A stretch of DNA of 63,111 nucleotides, counting the filler, from Reticulomyxa filosa (Eukaryota > Protista > Foraminifera), in NCBI GenBank assembly GCA_000512085.1. It is 16 parts of 16 records of this genome, joined end to end, with 100 filler letters (N's around TTAATTAATTAA, not from the genome) between each part and the next. Parts side by side here need not be neighbours in the genome. Positions count along the whole stretch, not along the records: positions 54,304 to 58,649 come from ASPP01024731.1; positions 58,750 to 63,111 come from ASPP01047050.1; 14 more parts are not named here. One strand, given 5' to 3'. Below, piece by piece: positions 57,301 through 63,111 of this stretch (position 1 is its first letter; each line of letters begins with the position of its first letter). Both the position numbers and the translations under genes were made by a program. The notes beneath the pieces were generated by a model. It did no database searches. It was given only the letters and a program-made list of their open reading frames with translations, and was not told the origin of the DNA.

Positions 57301-57567
57301 AAAAATGCTCAAGATTTACAAAAAGTGTTAAGCATCATGAAAATAGTTGGCGATGATAACTTTTTACAAAAATTGAAAACATTTAAACAAAAAAAGATGG
57401 ATTGTGGTATCCCTGAAGACTTTAGCACATCTACCAATCTATGGACGTATTCGGAAATAATGAATACTCTCAATAGTCATTTGGAGAAAATGTTAAGTGA
57501 TATGATCAGGGAAGGAATAATCAATGAGACCACCACCAAAGCAAATGATGAGGCTCAGATCAATTAA
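54304..57567 (+). pseudogene. Large alpha-helical, K/E-rich protein broken into about 5 ORFs (pseudogene or homopolymer errors), 5' truncated
   Basis: Collinear, intron-less ORFs 54304-55353, 55367-55600, 55718-56314, 56328-56519 and 56605-57567 have similar composition. FSYVFTK near the start may be a GTPase G4-like motif (weak). Confidence 0.6.
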
Positions 57568-57816
57568 CTAACTTAGTTTCTGAGGAAGTGCTCAGAAATG
57601 CACTTGTTGACGCTTATAGAGCAAAATTTTCCAAGTCTTATACTTGTGATATGGTCTTTTGTTTGTGGAACAGTAAGTTTGTGCAAGTCGTTATGCAAGA
57701 AAGTATTCAATTGGGGCCAATTTCAAAGGCAAAAAAAACCAATTTAAAATTGAGTAAAAAGAAATTACAATCACCCTTAGCAAAATCAAATTTAAAATTC
57801 TTTCTTTGGATAGTAA

Positions 57817-58649
57817 TTACTTAAGCGGCCATCTTCTAATTGCTTTCTGCAAAGACAATCGTTGTTGTTTGGAGGAATCTTTATCCTGGATTTTGGCTTC
57901 ACGTTTTGGATTGTATCGTTGGGCTATCATCCAACGTGATTGTCTTGCTGGCAAGTTTTCACGAAACTTTTTCAAAGTAACAAAAAAAACAAATTTAATA
58001 CGTAACGCAATCTCGGAAAAAACACTCATCACGTATAAAAAAAAACAACTCATGCATAAAAAATAAAAACAACTACTTACATTTTGCATTGCTCCACTTC
58101 GTAAACGGAGAACCAAATGCAACGTGCTTTCCTTTTGTCGAGTGCGGCGTCTTCCGATTACTTTCCTGCAAAGATTAAACGTTGCTGTTCTGGAGGGTTT
58201 TGGACGGGTTGGATTCCACGTCCAAGTAATTGTTTTTCCCGTCCAAGTCTTCACAAAACTGTTTTGTTCAAAAACAAAAAATGTACTACTTAGAAGAAAA
58301 AAAAATTACTACTTGTAAAAAAAAGGTGCTACCAACTAGTAAAAAAAAAGTTACTTAAAAAAAACAACAAGCCATGTAAACAAATTTTAATTTTCTGTAC
58401 ACACTTAACATTTACATCTCACCACATCGCAAACGCAAGCCAAATACAATGTGCTTCTTTTTGGGTGCTATGATCGCAAGTACGGCCATCTCAAATTATT
58501 TGCCGACAAAGATTTTGGATTGTGTCGTTTGGTTCCACACGTAATTGTTTTTCCGGTTAAAGTCTTCACAAGCTATTTTTTTTGTTTGTTATATTTTTTT
58601 AACTAACTATAATTTAAAAAAAGTAAAGAAAAATTACTTACATTTGCAT
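57817..58649 (-). pseudogene. Polyubiquitin pseudogene with three decayed monomers, each with an intron at about codon 3
   Basis: Three remnants of MQ.|FVKTLTGKTIT. Also seen are QQRLIFAGK (cagcaacgtttaatctttgcaggaaag), QKESTLHLVLRLRSGA-MQ and AKIQDKD..KQQRL. There are many small deletions and stops. Confidence 0.88.
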
Positions 58650-58749
58650 NNNNNNNNNNNNNNNNNNNNNNNNNNNNNNNNNNNNNNNNNNNNTTAATTA
58701 ATTAANNNNNNNNNNNNNNNNNNNNNNNNNNNNNNNNNNNNNNNNNNNN

Positions 58750-61700
58750 CTCACCAAAGTAAATGCCATTCATCAATGCATTTGTAAAATTTGCCTTGTT
58801 CAAGAAAGATCGATAAAAACTAACATAGTCTAAATTTGCATTTTGGAAGTCGGTTCCTTCGAGGAATGCATTGTCCAGAGTTGCATGTGGTATTTTTATA
58901 CCACTCCAATCTCGATAATGCATGTTAACATTTGCTGAATTGAGTATAGTAATTGCGTTTGCTGCTGCGACACTAACTTTTTCATTTTTTTTTGATGCTT
59001 CAATGATTCTAAATAATCTCGACTTTAAATTTGAGAAAATTGGATCAGTATCATGTATTCTTTCACTGATGAACTTGATAATTCCCTGTTCTTCATTTAG
59101 CAATTTGATATTGATAAGTAAATCTGGAACATGTGTTTCAAATTGTTGTTGAAATCCTTGATTGTTTAGATCCAAATTAGCAATAGGTCTCCATGAAATA
59201 ATATCAAAAATAATCTTTTGTGCAGCGTAATATTCTTGGCAGGATTTATGCAAAAACTGGTATTTGTTGTCTCCAGTTCTTCGCAAAACATATTTCGCAA
59301 TGCTGTCACCGCTGAAATATTTTTCCCAGATATCTTGTGTTTTTGAGATAGTTTCTTTCCTTGTTTTTAATTCTATGCTTTCAACCATAACACTTTTGCT
59401 CTCTTTTTCTATGCTTGGATCTAATTTTCCCCAAATTTCATCATTTTGATTTTGAAAATCTGCTTCAATTGCAACTTGATTCCTTTGAATAAACATATCA
59501 AATGCTAAATCGAGGCAATACTTTTCAAGCGTTGCTTTTATTTTTTGAATATTTATTTGAATGCGCAATTCTGTCAATTTCAAGATTATATTTTGAACAT
59601 GAACGTCAATCCATTGTTCATTGAATACTTCATATATTTTTGTTCTGGAAATTTTGCTACCTACACCATATCGTTTTACCAATGCTGGCAATACGTTCAA
59701 AATAAGCTGAAGAAGAAAGGGTTCTTCCACCATTTTTTTTAACTTTGGATAATTGTTCAATGTTTCTTCGTACCGATCGGGTGTCCAATCACTGTCACCA
59801 TCAGTGTAATCTTTTTTATTTTTGGATTTCATTTTTGCAAATTTTTCAATGTAATTGTGCATTTGTTGTTTTGTGAATGGCCATAAATACATAATGGATG
59901 TTATGATCTGATTTTGGTCTTCACCCATTAAAACGGTTTTGATATCATCCTCATTCAATACACCACTTCGACAAGTCACAATAACTTTCGCATCCCATTG
60001 ACTCAAGTTGAAGCGATCATAAAAATATTTGTCATTGTCACTTTTGCTATAGACATCAAATATTTCATCAAATCCATCCATGATGAATATAAAAGTCACT
60101 TTTTCACGAATTACATCCATAATTTCCTTGCTAATATTTTTACCCTGTAATGCTTGAGAAATGATATCTTGTTCATTTTGCTTGTTATAAACCTTTGGAA
60201 ATGAAATGTAAACAGGAACCAGTTTTTTTGCATTCGATGTGTAATTATTCCATAATGTCTCTTCCAAATGACGACAAAATATACTTTTTCCTGACCCTGA
60301 TCTCCCCTGGATTATCATTTACTTTTTTTTTTGTTCTTGTTGTTGTTCACTTTTTTTTTCGTCTTCTCTTAAAAAATTCAAGGACACGTTGATGACAATC
60401 GAATGTTTCGTGTTTTTGTTTGTCATCACCATCTATATGTGGATAGTTATTCGCTTGCAACGGAATATATGTTTCAAGCGCTTGTGTTAGCGTGATATCT
60501 TCTTTCATTTCTAATTTTCTTGCTTCTTGTAACAATAATGTAAAATCCGCACAGCTTGCAGGATTCTTGTCTCCGATAATATATTTTTTGTAATACTCGT
60601 ACAAAACCACATAGATTGCTTTACCTTTTATTTTCTCTGGAGTGAAATTGCAAAGCTGGTCATATGTAAATTTTGCCATTTTTAATGGCATGTTGCTGTT
60701 TATTTCTGTTTCAGTTTTCTTGGACAATTGTGGTGGTTTCAATACAACAATATCTGAATGCGCTTTGTAACGGTCTGTGATTTTTTGTATGGTCTTATCA
60801 TCAATCCACTCACAGATGATATCATTGATCTTGGTCAACACTTCAGCACTTGCCTGTTTTAATTCTTCTTCGGCCCCCGAATTCTTTGGTTTCCACGTTC
60901 GGAGAAGTTCATAAAGAGAGTGACTCAAGTTTGGGTTTTCAATAATCGTGTATCCCTCCAACGTTGTGAAATTTTTCAAAGTCGCTTGCATCTCCACATA
61001 CACGTCATGTTTGGGTACATATAATTTAATGTTGTGAATTCGATGATGGGTTTTGGATTGCTTTTCAAAGAAATCTTTGTCTTCGGACACAACCAAATTA
61101 AACTTGCCTGCTTTCTTCATGACCGCCACTGCAGTTTGCAATTTGGTCGCGTTGTCACATAAAATTGTAAATCTCCCAACATCAAATACCTGGTTGTAAT
61201 CACCATTGTAATCGTACTGAATCTTTTCTAATAGCCTTGCACGATCTTTCACTTTGGGTGGCTTCACCACTGTTATCAGATACTTTTGTAATTCCGCCAC
61301 CAAATTTATTATCTCTTTGCTCATCATTGCATTTTCACTTCGTGTTATTAGATCCTCCAAATTCATCGCGTGTTGTCTGATTTTCTTAGCTTTAATTTCA
61401 TACGATACTCCCGGCTTGATGGAATAAAAGCATTGATAGTGGTTATCCTTCACAGGTGCCGAATTATCACTGGAAGAAATAAAATGCTCGGAATTGAAAA
61501 TCGTTGCCTTTACAATGGCTGTGACAGCGGATTTCCCACAATCTGGACAAATATACAATGTTTTGTCGGAAACAAATGAAATTTCCTCGAATCCAATGTT
61601 CACCCACACTAATAGTTTTACTTTTGCTGCCAAACAGTCTTCGTTTATACAATAGCCTTGCAAATTGATACCAGGCTTAATTTCTCCAATTTCCGCCTTT

Positions 61701-62628
61701 TCTTCTTCTTTTTTTAATTTTTCTGATTTCTGTTCTATTTCGTCAATCTTTTTCGATCCCCGGCCTTGTTTTGGCTTTTGGCAATATTTATAAGTAATAC
61801 ACGTAATGTGAAGATGATATATATGTATACATACATATGCATATATACATATGCATATATACATGTATGCACATATGTATATATAAAAAAGCATCCCAAT
61901 TGTAACCTTTTCATTTTTTTGCTCTAATAGATCAGTCTTGTTTTTTAGATTTGATCCACGACTTGCCGTCTATTTTTTTTTTTTTTTTTTTTTTTGGAAT
62001 TGAGTTTTGTTGTTTACAAAAAGCAAATGCATGCACATATGGTTTGTAATGTAATCGACAAACATTTGGATTCATAAATTTTGCGACCAGCTTTTCAATG
62101 ACCATGGATACGTTCCCATTGGATTCTTCAAGCTGTTTCTTCAACTCTTCCTCTCCAATGGCATCGCCGCATAATTTCAACAATGCTTTCATCTCCAGTG
62201 CGTACTTCCCTTGTTCAACTCCGCTTTGCATCCCTGCAAAAAGCTTTCCTCTTTTATTCCGAGTATAGATCTGCATGTTTTTATTGGGTTATATGCACAA
62301 ACGAAAACGTTTTCCAAATATGTGCAGGCAGCATTTTTATATACAACTTCGACCAGTACCTTGTCTGAAGCCTTTATTGATGAGATATTGTCATTACAGA
62401 CATCGAGTCGCTTTAAAAATGTTGTTGTTTCGGCCGCTGTTTTGTTATACATTGATCTTTATTCGAAATAGTTTTCTTTTTTTTTTTTGTAGAGAAAAAA
62501 AAGATGTGCGCTGGTGCGTAGGAGGACTGCTTCTGTTTCCCCAGCGCTAGCACCGAATTACCTTCTTGAGGTCTCTTAAACAGTGCGAATTCATTAACTA
62601 CTCTTTCATTTTGGCTATACTCAGTCAT
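58750..62628 (-). CDS. NLR-like STAND protein: UBA-like, Cys-rich module, RelA/SpoT-like domain, NACHT NTPase and pentapeptide repeats (3' truncated; frame break in homopolymers at ~60319-60376)
   Basis: Walker A GRSGSGKS, PVYISF, Walker B FIFIMDGFDE, sensor VIVTCR, LWPF, PFLL, winged-helix FLHKSCQEYYAA, AAANAITIL and pentapeptides (ATLDN AFLEG TDFQN ANLDY). The upstream ORF has KVKDRARLLEK..YDYNGD..DVGRFTI..HHRIHNI..VEMQATL..HSLYELLR. Confidence 0.85.
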
Positions 62629-63073
62629 AATTTTGGAATAATTGGTTGAGTTTATGCAACTCTTAATATCAAAGCCTTTTCCTTTTTAGGTTCAAAAGAG
62701 CCAGTACCGCAATCAAGAAGAAAAAAGCTCTAATAGTCATAATTATTATATTTTCATGAACGCTTTTTTGTTGCCGTTGTTATTTTCGGCACTAAATCAC
62801 ACAAATGAGTCAATAAACATGGAAACATGCAAAGAACGTATAGTTAAGAAATGAATGTGTTGGCCTTCCTTCAAGTAAACAATGTTTGTGGTCAGAATTG
62901 TGAGATCTCTTTTGTTAATTGCACTTGCGCAGAAGAACAATTTATTTGTTATTCCTTCCTAAAAATATTATTATGTGTTATTCAGCTTTTTGTGGAATTG
63001 CTTTTGCTAGTGACATTGAATGGAAAACGAAGAAGCCAAATCGTGATAGAAAAACGGAAACATAAGAGCATTA

Positions 63074-63111
<38 letters not shown>

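Noticed and set aside
57817-62628. Apparent clustering of the ubiquitin pseudogene with the NACHT gene as one system
   Set aside because: They are separated by an artificial spacer at 58650-58749, so physical linkage is unsupported.

Overview
This is AT-rich, intron-containing eukaryotic DNA. It is not one locus but 16 short contigs joined by an artificial 100-bp spacer (N-run, TTAATTAATTAA, N-run), so neighbourhood across spacers has no meaning. The source is inferred to be a rhizarian, probably a Reticulomyxa-like foraminiferan. The evidence is an extra residue at polyubiquitin junctions, lineage-typical Kelch and WD40 families, and many decayed genes. Recognisable genes are a secreted vWA protein, alanine aminotransferase, an LSD1-zinc-finger/HMG-box protein, a PPi-PFK-like protein with substituted catalytic residues, a GYF-like CaaX protein, IPP isomerase, ATG16, two convergent class I phosphodiesterases, Kelch and WD40 proteins, a sulfotransferase and a SIN1/CRIM-like protein. 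There are also a polyubiquitin pseudogene, a triplicated membrane-protein pseudogene and two foldback elements. The most interesting candidate is in the last contig: an NLR-like gene (NACHT plus pentapeptide repeats) whose N-terminal part holds a UBA-like helix bundle, a Cys-rich putative Zn module and a RelA/SpoT (alarmone synthetase-like) domain. This suggests a possible nucleotide-signalling or toxin-effector innate immune receptor in a protist. All calls come from motif reading by eye, exon boundaries are approximate, and no searches were run.
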